A stretch of 64,000 nt of DNA, taken from the human T2T-CHM13v2.0 reference genome, Homo sapiens. Positions 29,198 to 48,538 of this stretch are shown piece after piece. The first letter of the stretch is position 1. Every line of letters begins with the position of its first letter. The notes under the pieces are model-generated. The model was not told the DNA's origin. It searched no databases and saw only the letters and a program-made list of their open reading frames with translations. The DNA lies in the NCBI RefSeq assembly GCF_009914755.1, contig NC_060946.1. One strand, given 5' to 3'. The position numbers and the translations under genes are program-made.

Positions 29198-30812
29198 TGA
29201 AGGGGGGCCCTTGGCAGCCTGACTCATTTCTCAAAGTGTGACCGCTCCCTTCTTCCCTCAGCCTTTCCCCAGGAGGCAGGATGGATGCCTGCACCAGGAC
29301 AAGGGCAGGAAGGCTGGGTTCAGCTTGTGGGGAGAGGGCTCGGCAGCCCCCTTTTCAGGGAGTGAGCTCCCTGTGCACAGGGGTGTGCAAGCGGAGGTGC
29401 CAGCCAAGGACGCTCAGGAGGGGATGATTCTCCTTTCTACCCGCCGTGCTGCCTGGGCCTCTCTGACTATCAGACTTGCTGTCTACTCCCCTCGAAGCCT
29501 TTCCTGACCCTCTCCCTGGGTCTGGGGGAGAGACGTGCACCCAACAACTGAACCAACAAATAGGAAAGAAGTTATATTGTGATGTTACCAAGAAAATTAA
29601 TTGAGGCACTGGAGAATACCTTAGATCTGGAGTCTGGTCTGGAGGGCTTCTCTGGGGAGGTGTCTTTTGTGTTGAGATGTGCGTGTTGAGGAGCCAGCTG
29701 AAGGAAGATCTGGAGAAATACAGGCATCCCAGGCAGAGGAAAGAGCCGAGTGTGAATGCCCTGAGGCAGGGATGAACTCAGGAGGGCTTGGGAGGAGAGT
29801 GTTGGGGAGCTTCAGAGGAAGGCAGGAGCCCTGGCGTTTGGTGGGGGAAGGTCTTTACCTGGGCAGGGGGCGGTGGGTGAGCATCAATCCAAGAGTCTAG
29901 ACCTGGGGGGTGACATGACCTGACTTGGGTTTAAGGGGATTGTCTGGCTGCTATGAGGGGACAGAGTGTGGGGGTGCAAGTGGACATATGGGCTGCTGTC
30001 ATTGCCTGGAGAGGGGTGACAGTGGCCTGCCCCAGGGTGGAGGGACTTGACAGTTTTGGGAGGAGGTTGAAGCAGCTGGCCCGAATGTCAGACTGGTTGG
30101 AGGGGTCGAGTATGAACCCAGGACTGGGGCCCAGCAGCTGGTGCTGGGGAGGCTGAGAGAGATCACTGGGGAGGCTGAGAGAGCCTGGGGCACTGGAGGA
30201 AGGACTCATGGCCCAAGCAGGGGGACCTCAGGGCCATTCTAGGGTGATGGACTTTATCTTCAGCCAGCGGAGGGATTGTTGAGGTTTGGAGTGGGTGATA
30301 TCCCCCTGGCTGCTGCCTGGGGACTGCCTGGAGGAGGCTGGAGAGGAGGCTGTGGTGGTGTCAGGCACCTGGACATGGGCAGGGGCCAGCTGCCTGGCTG
30401 CCTGCACCGCAGGGCAGGGACCAGGGCTCCCCCGAGCCACCCAGCTCAGGGATGTTCCTGCGCAGGGCGAGGTAGACGGTTCCATTTGGAGCTGGGAGGA
30501 CAGAGTGCCGTGGGCTCCAGATGTCATCTCTCTGCAGCTTATCTGGGGAAAGCCAGCATTGTCTAAAAACGTTTAAAACGAGGCCTCTAGGAGGTTCCTG
30601 GCAGCGTTACAGTGATCTCAGCCACCCCCATGCTGGCTGGGCACAGCTCGCCCTGAGCCTTCGTTAGCCGACGCCCTGCAGTGGGTCCTAGGCACACCCT
30701 GGGTGGTCTGTCTGCAGAGGGGAGATACCATCTCCCCTCAAGTAAAGTGGGCCTGTGCCCTTTTGCACTGCGGGACACGGCTCAGGACCAGCAGGCATGC
30801 CTCCTTGGTCTC

Positions 30813-30914
30813 ATGTTGACCTTAGAGTTTGGGATTCTGGAATTCGATCCTTCATGGATAGGCAGCTGGACACAGAGGTCGTGGGTGAGCTGGAGGAGCA
30901 GGCCCGGATGTGAG
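30813..30914 (+). CDS. SYNGR1: Alternative first coding exon of SYNGR1c: MLTLEFGILEFDPSWIGSWTQRSWVSWRSRPGCE
   Basis: Matches the recalled SYNGR1c N-terminus; 34+128+30 = 192 aa with the common exons and the proximal terminal exon; requires the GAG|GCAGGT donor. Confidence 0.8.
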
Positions 30915-32449
30915 GCAGGTTCCCCATCTGCTGTGGGTCAGCGAGAGGCAGGGCCTCTCTGAGCCTTAGCCTCCCTGACTGTGAAATGCTCTAAGTATAA
31001 GACTGCTTTGTGGGGATGATTTGCAGATTTTTATGGGGATTAAAATAGATGATTTAGGTGCCTTCTTCCATTGGCACCAGCTCCTGGGAGGCTGTGGGCT
31101 GGTTCAGGGTCTCAGAGTGGGGACAGACTTGTAAATAGGTCCCAGCCAGGAGTGACCAAGGCTCAGGGTGGGAAAGAGTGACTGGGAAGTGGGTTGTCCC
31201 TGAAGGTGTCTGGGAGTCACTATATCCCAGCAGCGTTCAGAGGGCAAAGAGGAGTTCGCTCCCATTGAAGATGAAGAAGGTAGGAAGGCAGGTGCAGAGT
31301 TGTCAGACAGCCTGAGGACACCACCCACTCTCAGCCCTCTGTGGTGGCTGCATAGGGTGGGGAGGGGGACAGATGAGATCAGGGTAGGCCACAAAGGGCT
31401 TGGTGCTTCTGGGGTCTCTGTTTCTATGTGTCTCTGAATCCAGTAGCCAAGGATCCTGAAATCCAAGATTCTGAGATTCCTTCTGATTTGTTTTTCTGAG
31501 TTTGACATAGATCTCCACCAAGCGCCATCTGGAATCCGTTTTTAAAAAAGACTCGGGATTGGATTTTAAAGAGGGCGGAAAAAAACCAAAGAGGCTTGGC
31601 AGGTTTACCTTGATGCCTTTTTTTAGCGTTTGCTTTAGCTCGAGGGAAGCTTGTTTTCCCTCTGCTTGCTGGTGACCTGGGTCCTCCCTTGGCCATCACC
31701 CTCCATCCTCCCCTGTTTCTGGGCCTCTGGCTCTGCCTCTGAAGACCTGTCTCCCTTCCCCACAGCAGATCCGCTTGTTGGATGAATTTTCCCCAGTGTC
31801 TCGGCTGCTGTGGCCAGTGTGGAATTTCATTCTGGTTTCATTTCCGGTTCTCCAGTGTCTCCTTGTGGCTGCTCTGTGTGCCCCTTGCTGTCCCTGCAGA
31901 TCTGGCCTTAGCAAGTGACTCAGGGATGCTGCCTGGCACAGGGCACCAGCTTTGGATCCAGAGAGACTCAGGTTCAAGCCTCAACTCCACTCCTGCCCAG
32001 CTGCGAGACCTGTGCAGGTCCCTAGAAGCGGCTCTGAAATGGGAATAAGAATATTGAGCTGGTGGAGTGAAGAGCATACATTTCTGGGCACACAGCAGGC
32101 CCTGGGCAAGTCTCTGCTCCTCCTCCCATGTACTGTGAGTGGCTGAGGGGCAGAAACCTGAGGCTTGTGTCGTGCTTTGGGGGAGCTCCCACTCAGGGTG
32201 GGGTACAGCTGCTAAATGGAGAAGTTAAACCCTTGACACAGAGGGCAGCTGACAGCCCTGCAGGGGGTTCAGGAGACTGTAAGGGACTGCTTCTGTATCC
32301 TCAGTGATGTTCCTTCCCTTCCCTGAGCCTCAGTTTCCCCACTTGTGGACCAGCAGGCTGCAAGGGATGTGGCATTTGCAGGCGACGGCTCTGCTCCCCA
32401 TTATCATCATTGAGCCTAAACCCCACGACTTCCTCCCCCATCTGCTCTT

Positions 32450-40453
<8,004 letters not shown>

Positions 40454-40931
40454 TGAGACCCCAGACCAGCCCACAGCTCTGCAGAGGGAAGGAGAACACA
40501 AGATGGGGCCCGGCACATGCCAGCATCTGGAGGAGTCAGCCTGGGGGTGGGGGCTGGGCAGGTCCACAGCCCAGGAGGGCCTGTGGCTCCTTGTTCTTTG
40601 AGAGTCGGTCCAGTCCCAGGATATCTTGGTGTCAGGGCCCAGGAAGACCTTTAGGACCTGGCTGAGGGGTGTTGGAAGGGGCCACATCTATGGTCAGAGA
40701 GTCCTCAGTGCCTGTGGCTGAGGAAGGAAGTGATTGACCCCCACCTGGTGCTATGTGACCCACATAAGTTACCCTCCCTCTCTGGGGATCCCCCTCTGAA
40801 ATGCCTGCTTAACCCGGGTCTTGTAGCTCACGGAGGGCCAGGCAGCAGGCGAGGGTGGCAGCCTCCCCGTCCCCTGGGTGGTGTGAGGCAGGGGTCTGCC
40901 CAGGTCTAAGGTGTGGCCCCACCCCCGACAG

Positions 40932-41169
40932 CTGTTCTCCATAGTGGTGTTCGGCTCCATCGTGAACGAGGGCTACCTCAACAGCGCCTCCGAGGGGGAG
41001 GAGTTCTGCATCTACAACCGCAACCCCAACGCCTGCAGCTATGGCGTGGCCGTGGGCGTGCTCGCCTTCCTCACCTGCCTGCTGTACCTGGCCCTGGACG
41101 TGTACTTCCCGCAGATCAGCAGCGTCAAGGACCGCAAGAAAGCCGTCCTGTCCGACATCGGTGTCTCGG
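40932..41169 (+). CDS. SYNGR1: SYNGR1 common exon (238 nt): TM1 end, luminal loop with Cys pair, TM2, start of TM3 (MARVEL domain)
   Basis: CAG|CTGTTC acceptor, G|GTGAGC donor; LFSIVVFGSIVNEGY...SDIGVS. Confidence 0.98.
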
Positions 41170-42667
41170 GTGAGCCCCACCCAGCAGGTACCCCCTGCAC
41201 AGAGTCTGCAGAGGGCTGTCCCGGCCATAGGAGGCGGCTGCCACCCTTCTTCCCATGTTTCAGATGAGGAAATGAGGTGCAGGCGGGTGAAGGGATGGAC
41301 TCAGGGTCACATGGCTGGCAGCAGGAAGGATGGGACCAGGACAGGGCCTGGGACCCCAAAATAACCCATGCTGCCCACAGGCAGGGGAGCATGGATGGGA
41401 TTCTAGTTCCTTCTAGTCTAAGGGACCCATGGATGGCACTGGGCATGTGCCAGCCCCCATGGGTTGGCCCGTGTTTCAGTGGCCTCTTCTGTGCCACCTC
41501 CCTGGGGCAGCCTCATGAGGACTAAGCAAGGCGGTGACTGGGTGCCCAGTGCACAGCAGGGGCCCTGGAGCCTCAGCCTCCCCACGCCTCCCAGCCAGAC
41601 CTTGGCAGGACCAGGGCCTGGACCTGTGGAGCCAACCTGACCTGCTGCCCTTTGCCCTTCAGAAGCAGCCTTTGGCAGAGGCACCCTGACCTCTGCTCCG
41701 TGACTTCCAGGAATCTGATTGGTGGATGCTCTCAGTCAGGGGTCCGAACCCGAGGCTTCAGCCTCGCTGTTCTGAGGCTTGGGTCCCCGGACTGGGACCA
41801 ACCCCTAGTTCTAAGCCTGGAGCTCTCAGGATAAGCCAGGCTGAAGGCAGGTCATGAGGTCTAGTTTTAGAAGGAACTAGAACTAAATGAATGGTTCTCA
41901 AACTTCCACAGAGCCTCAGGGTTCCCTGGCAGTGCCTCTGGGAGGTGGGCTGGGCCCCAGGTGGGCACCCCACCTGCTTGGCAGATGCACGCCTTGTCCT
42001 GAGCAGGTCTGGGCTTCTCTGGGGAGACCTTGGCACTCACAGGAGATTGCGTGGCTATGAGGCTCCCACTGCTGACGCCCCCAGGCTCGGCTCTCAGTGG
42101 GCCCCTCGCTAAACCTGGGGCTCTGTGGGGTCGCAGCACGTTAGAAGTCGAAGCCCAGACCCACCCAGCCAAGCTGCCATCCTTGCCCCAGCCTCGTCCT
42201 CCTTCCCATACCTCATTTGTCTGGCAGCCTGAGGGTTGGGGTCTTCCTGCCTGCAGAGTTGCAGGCATCAGGGGTGGACCGGGGGGGCCCACGTCAGCGG
42301 TGTGGCTGGACATGGGGGTTTGGCAGAGGCTGCAGAAATGCGGCCTGAGTTGATTACCTTCTTTCTCTGTCTCTCCCTCCATCCTCCCCTCTCACTGCCC
42401 GTGGCTCTCCTCTGACTGGCCCTGACCCTGCCCTGTCTGTGGCCTCCTCCCCCCTGCATCTGGCTGGCTTCCCTCTTCTCGCCTGCATCTTCTCTTGGCT
42501 CCCCTCTCTCTTCCCCTACCCCCTTTGCCTGTCCCTTTGGGGGTGGGGGAGCATGGGAGATGCACTCTTGAATGTCCCTCTGTTCCTCGGCTTCCCCATT
42601 TTCTCCCCACTCACCCTCTCCCCCATGTGTGGCACTGCCTATTCTGCCCGGTCCTGGGACCCCCCAG

Positions 42668-42813
42668 CCTTCTGGGCTTTCCTCTGGTTCGTGGGATTCT
42701 GCTACCTGGCCAACCAGTGGCAGGTCTCCAAGCCCAAGGACAACCCACTGAACGAAGGGACGGACGCAGCCCGGGCCGCCATCGCCTTCTCCTTTTTCTC
42801 CATCTTCACCTGG
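42668..42813 (+). CDS. SYNGR1: SYNGR1 common exon (146 nt): AFWAFLWFVGFCYLANQW...FSIFTW
   Basis: CAG|CC acceptor, TGG|GTGAGT donor; frame continuous with the previous exon. Confidence 0.98.
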
Positions 42814-44212
42814 GTGAGTACAGCCACCGCGCACCAGCCCACACTCGTCCCCTTTCCCCACTGAGCCCCTGGATGGGTGGCCTTTCGCTAGCCTGGGACC
42901 CGCTCTGCCTCTGGGAGCCCACACTACCCTCGCTCCCTCTTCTGCCTGCCTGTCTGCGGCGCTCACAGTGGTGCTGCCTCCCTCAGCAAGGAGGCTACAG
43001 CCCTCGGGGGTAGCATGGTCACTGGAGATGGCAGACCCTCACTGTGGTGCAGAGCAGCCTTCCTGGGGGTCACGGACCACCCCCCCCCAAACCACTCTGG
43101 GTAAATGGTGTTTATTATCCCCTTTCACAGATGAGAAAGCAGAGGCCTAGACAGGAAGGTGAGGCTTACAGGGTTTGAGGCTGGGAAGCAGCCCTGCCTA
43201 GGAGTCAGGAGACCTGCTTCCGATCGGGGCTGCCTCTGATTTTCCTAGCCTCTGTCTTCCCATCCATAAAATGAGAGGGTAGGATCTGGGGGACACAGGT
43301 GTCGACATCAGATGCACATGGGCCAGGCAGGGCCTGAGAGCCGTGAGCAGGCCGGGTGACACATGCGTGCCTATCCTAAGTCCTAAGAGGGTACCTCTGC
43401 TCGGCTGCCAAGCAGGAATAGGGACCTAGAGAAGGCAGAAGTCTGAATTTTTACATGAAATCTGATCTTGATATGTTGGAAGTTTATTCAGGTTTAAACA
43501 ATATATTGTGTGTGTCAAACAAAGTATGTCTCTGGGCCCAGCAGGCCCTGGGCTGGCAGCTCGGCTGGCCCCTCTTTCCCACTGGTCTGGGTCATGTCTG
43601 TTTCTTCTCTCCTAATCACCCTTCTGCAGAGATCTGGGGCCACATCACCTCCATAGCCCCATCCCAAGAGCCCTCCCCATAACCCACAGCTGCCTCCCCT
43701 CTGGACCGGCGAGCACTTCTGGGCCCAGCCTCCTGCAAGGAGACTCTTGAGGCTACATACAGGCCGCCAGCCGTCCCTGTTTCCCCCATCCTTCTGGTTT
43801 GCCCCGGGTTGACGTCTTTTTCTTTTTGAGGGCCCCTGGATATCCATTTTTGAGGGGTACACCCATCTCCCCAACAATATTAGAAGATAGCATTTGGAGG
43901 GGGAGACCCGTGGTTCAGGCCCTAGTGGGCCAGCCTTGGCTGCTCCACCCCTCAGTGTCCTCAAGACTGGGTAGGAAGAACCAGGTGACCCCAGGGGATC
44001 TCAGTCCAGAGAAGGTGCCCCAGAAGTGGGGACCACCCAGCCTACAGGGAGGAGTTTAGGGGCGGGGCTCACAGAGGAGTAGTGGATGATTTCTAGCCAT
44101 GGGTCTGAAGTACCTGACCAACAGGTGCCTGCCCGGCCCCCTGAAGCCAGCCTCCCTCCTGGCACCTCTGCAGCTCTTCCCCACTGGCCTCACCCCTACT
44201 CTCTCCTGGCAG

Positions 44213-44305
44213 AGCCTGACCGCAGCCCTGGCCGTGCGGAGATTCAAGGACCTAAGCTTCCAGGAGGAGTACAGCACACTGTTCCCTGCCTCGGCACAGC
44301 CGTAG
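44213..44305 (+). CDS. SYNGR1: Proximal alternative terminal exon (SYNGR1b/1c): SLTAALAVRRFKDLSFQEEYSTLFPASAQP*
   Basis: Pyrimidine tract + CAG|AGC, phase 0; gives 191 aa with exon 1a. Confidence 0.9.
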   Translation, partial: SLTAALAVRRFKDLSFQEEYSTLFPASAQP

Positions 44306-44799
44306 GCCTCCCCGGCTTGCAGAGGCCGGCAGCCCTGTATCACCCCTGGCAGTGAGGTGGCAGGAGCAGCCTAGTGCCAGAAATGTCCAAGATGCCAGGG
44401 CATGCAGGGCAGTGGAAGGCTGGCTTGAGGAACCAATTCAGGTTCTCCACTGACTCATTCATTCCTTCACCGCCTCCTTCATTGATTCTTCATGCGTTCA
44501 TTCATTCAGTAAACATTTATTGAGCAGCTGTTTTGTGCCTAGTGATGAATTAGGTGGGGTCCTTGGCTCCAGGAGCCCACAGGCTGGGGAGGAGAAAACA
44601 AACACATCAATATCTCTTCCAAATGGACAGCCGTGGACAGTTACCAGGTAGGTAGCGGCCCCATACATGGGCTGCCTAGAGGCGTTCATGGTCCCCATTG
44701 CTGAGCTGTGGGTGCAGAGCAATAGCCTCTCCCTTCACAGCGGTGTGAAGAGTGACCTCACTGTCCTTAGGGTTAGCATCCTGGCCGAGGATGTCACAG

Positions 44800-44985
44800 G
44801 GCTCCTGGTCTGGCTCTGTCCTCATGTGCTATGTGACCCTGACAAACCCGTGCACCTCTCTCAGCCTCAGTCCACTTACCTGAACTGAGGGGTGATAATG
44901 GACCAACCTCTCAAGGCTGTTGTGCCAATGAAACAAAGGCCAGCCCAGGGCTTAGCACAAGCATGCTCAATAAATGTAAGCTCTT
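44800..44985 (+). mobile_element. MIR in the 1b/1c 3'UTR carrying the AATAAA
   Basis: MIR core (TGTGACCCTGACAA...CTCTCTCAGCCTCAG) and 3' end GCTCAATAAATG. Confidence 0.7.
44969..44974 (+). terminator. SYNGR1: Probable poly(A) signal of SYNGR1b/1c
   Basis: First AATAAA I found after the 44305 stop, followed by CTCTTTTGTT; variant AGTAAA at 44508-44513. Confidence 0.7.
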
Positions 44986-45858
44986 TTGTTCATTCATTCA
45001 TTCATTCATTCATTCATTCTTCTCTCCAGAGAGTCAGGGGCACCTCCAGAATCTCTACTTTGAGAGTAATTCTCATGTGATGAATCCTTGTTCCTCCAAA
45101 GGATTTTGGTCTCTGGTTCTACACAGGTTTCCTGCTTGGGGCCCCCAGCTGCCTGGGCAGGAACTCACCCATTCCTCCACTCTCTGCTGGAGTTGAGGAG
45201 GCTGGTGGAGCACAGACAGTTCCCCCAAAGCAATGCCTCAACCCTGCGAGGGCCTGAGCACATCGAGAGTGAGCTTCCTGGCACTGGAGGCATCCCAGTG
45301 CAGATGCAGACTGCCTGCTGCACGCTGGAGATGCTGCAGAGAGAGCACCTACACTGAGAAAGTGGGGCCAGGGGACCACCAGGTCCCTGGGCTCTCAGTA
45401 GAACTCCCATCCTCCCTCTGCAGCCCAGGCCAGCGGGGGCCCAGGCCTCTCCTTTGCTCCTGTCTTGTGGCCCCTTAAACTGGTTGCCCAAATGAAGCTT
45501 TGACTTAGTGAGGGCAGAGAGCTGAACACAGAGACAGTATGAGTGCCTACAGCCAGAGGCATCTCCCTAGAAGGATCAGTAGGGGTCATCTGCTCCAGCC
45601 CTCTGCCTCTGTACAGGAAACCAGCCTGGATAGTAGAGCCAGGGAGCTCGGGGAGAACCGAGTCTACAGACATTGCTCTCAAGGTTCATTCAGTCAGTTC
45701 CTGTGGGCTGGCCAGGGCTCAAGTGTACCCTCAGGGGGCTCTTCACCTCCCCTGCTTCTTCAGGCTCCGACGTCTGAGCCCCCAGCAGCCAGGACCTCAT
45801 GCTAACATAGTGGGAAACCCCAGAGGGCTACACCTTATCCCTTAGCCCAATTTCTTTA

Positions 45859-46323
<465 letters not shown>

Positions 46324-47263
46324 CTAGGTATATTCACTCTCTACCTCTTCACTAAGTGGCTCTTTAGGTTGTTGGTTGACTTAGTGCCTCGTCAGGGGCC
46401 AATGAAAGGGAAGGAGGTGAGGGCGCCCTGACCTGGGAAGGGGTAGGACCCCATGTTTAGGGAAGGGTTCTAGCAGTAACTCTGCCACGGGCACTTCCTT
46501 TTCTAGGCCTCAATCTTCCCAGCCCTAAAACAGGGGTCTGGAGAGTATCAGCACATTCCCATCACAGGCAGATTCCCCGGGCCGGGAAAGTTTCTGGAGA
46601 AGGCTTTTGCAATAAACCTCTAAGCTGCTTTTCTAATGACAAGTTTGATTTACTTAAACTTTGACTTAGCTCAGTGTGGTCAGTGTCATTGTCCTTAATA
46701 ACAATGTAATTGCTTTTATTGAAAAATAATTTCCTAACCATGCATGTGTGCTGTAGACAAGTCTTTCCCAATCTGAGATCTGTGAAAAAAAAAAAAAAAA
46801 ACGGGGCGGCTTCAGGCTAGGCGCGGTCACATTGAATAGTCAGGGCTCTGCCAAGTCAGATGATCCTGAAACTTGTTTCACTCTATTTAACTCAGTTTCT
46901 CACTTAGAATTAGGTTCAGCAGCAGGTGACCGAAATCCCAGATAACAGTGATTTCAACAAAGTCCAAGGCTGTGGAAGTGGTCCAGGGCTGGCATACTGG
47001 CTCCAGAGGTCTTCGGTGACCCAGGCATCTTTCCTTTTTTTTAGAGACAGGGTCTCACTCTGTTGCCCAGGCTGGATCATAGCTCACTGCAGCCTCAAAC
47101 CCATAGGCTCAGGCAATCCTCCCACCTCAGCCTCCTGAGTAGCTGGGACTACAGGCCAGTACCACTATGCCCGGCTAATTTGGTTTTTGTGGATTTTTTT
47201 GGTAGAGATGGGGTCTTGCTATGTTGCCCAAGCTGGCCTTTTTTTTTTTTTTTTTTTTTTTGA

Positions 47264-47404
<141 letters not shown>

Positions 47405-48316
47405 TAATTTTTTTAATTTTCAGTAGAGATGGGGTTTCACCATGTTGGCCAGGCTGGTCTCAAACTCCTGACCTCAAGTAATCTGCCCATCTTGGCCTCT
47501 CAAAGTGCTGGGATTGCAAGCATGAGTTGTCGCGCCTGGCCTCTCCTGCTTTCAAGAAGAAGATCAGATTGTTATTGTGCCTGCTGTTTTTCAAGTGCCT
47601 TTAACTCAACATAGTCAATATGCCAGAGGTGCATATTTTAGCCCAGGCTGGTCTTGATCTCCTGGCCTCAAGCAATCCTTCCACCTTGGCCTATCAAAGT
47701 TGTGGGATTACAGGCATGAGCCGCGGTGCATGGCCCCCAGGCATCTTTCATTCCTACAGACTTGGCTCATGGTCTTTGTGGTCCCTTTTGGCAATTAGAG
47801 CTCCAGCCATCACATCTGTGTTCCAGGCATCAGGTCAGAGGGTGGGACAGAGAACATGAGGGTACCCCACTGGCCAAAACGTAGTCACATGGCCATGCCT
47901 AGCTGCAAGAGAGACAAAAGAATGACTCTTAGGAGATGCTAACAGTCCTTTGTCCCGCTGAGAAGCTTTTTTTAAGAAGGCTGTTGTGAGCCTTTGAGCC
48001 ATCTTAACACTCCATAATGGAGATCTAGAACTTTTGGTAGCCCAGACTGACCTCTGGGATTGGGAGACAGGGGCAGGTGATTTCTGGGGTACTTTCTGGC
48101 TGGATGATATGGTTCTGGGCATTTCCGGGGGTGGCTGCAAGAACAGCCTTCCTTCTCCACAGCCAAGCTTGGTCTCATGTTTGGTGCTTTGAGGATCTTT
48201 AACCCTCTCCTGCCTGTGTCCTGTGAACTAACCACCACTAACCCAGTGCTCTTGTCTGTCTCTCCCCTAACCACCCCCTCCCGCCTGTCCTTGTCCTCGC
48301 CGGCCTTTGTCCCCAG

Positions 48317-48538
48317 GCGGGCCAGGCTGTGCTGGCCTTCCAGCGGTACCAGATTGGCGCCGACTCGGCCCTCTTCTCCCAGGACTACATGGACCCCAGC
48401 CAGGACTCCAGCATGCCTTACGCGCCCTACGTGGAGCCCAACACTGGGCCGGATCCCGCCGGTATGGGCGGCACCTACCAGCAGCCGGCCAACACCTTCG
48501 ACACCGAGCCCCAGGGCTACCAGTCGCAGGGCTACTGA
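48317..48538 (+). CDS. SYNGR1: Distal terminal exon (SYNGR1a): AGQAVLAFQRYQ...QGYQSQGY*, Tyr/Pro/Gly-rich cytoplasmic tail; total 234 aa
   Basis: Branch-like CCCTAAC 48265-48271, pyrimidine tract, CAG|GCG; recognisable synaptogyrin-1 C-terminus. Confidence 0.98.
   Translation, partial: AGQAVLAFQRYQIGADSALFSQDYMDPSQDSSMPYAPYVEPNTGPDPAGMGGTYQQPANTFDTEPQGYQSQGY

Noticed and set aside
31515-31535. AGCGCCATCTGG as a CTCF site
   Set aside because: The 5' part of the core mismatches; equally explained as an E-box or YY1-like motif
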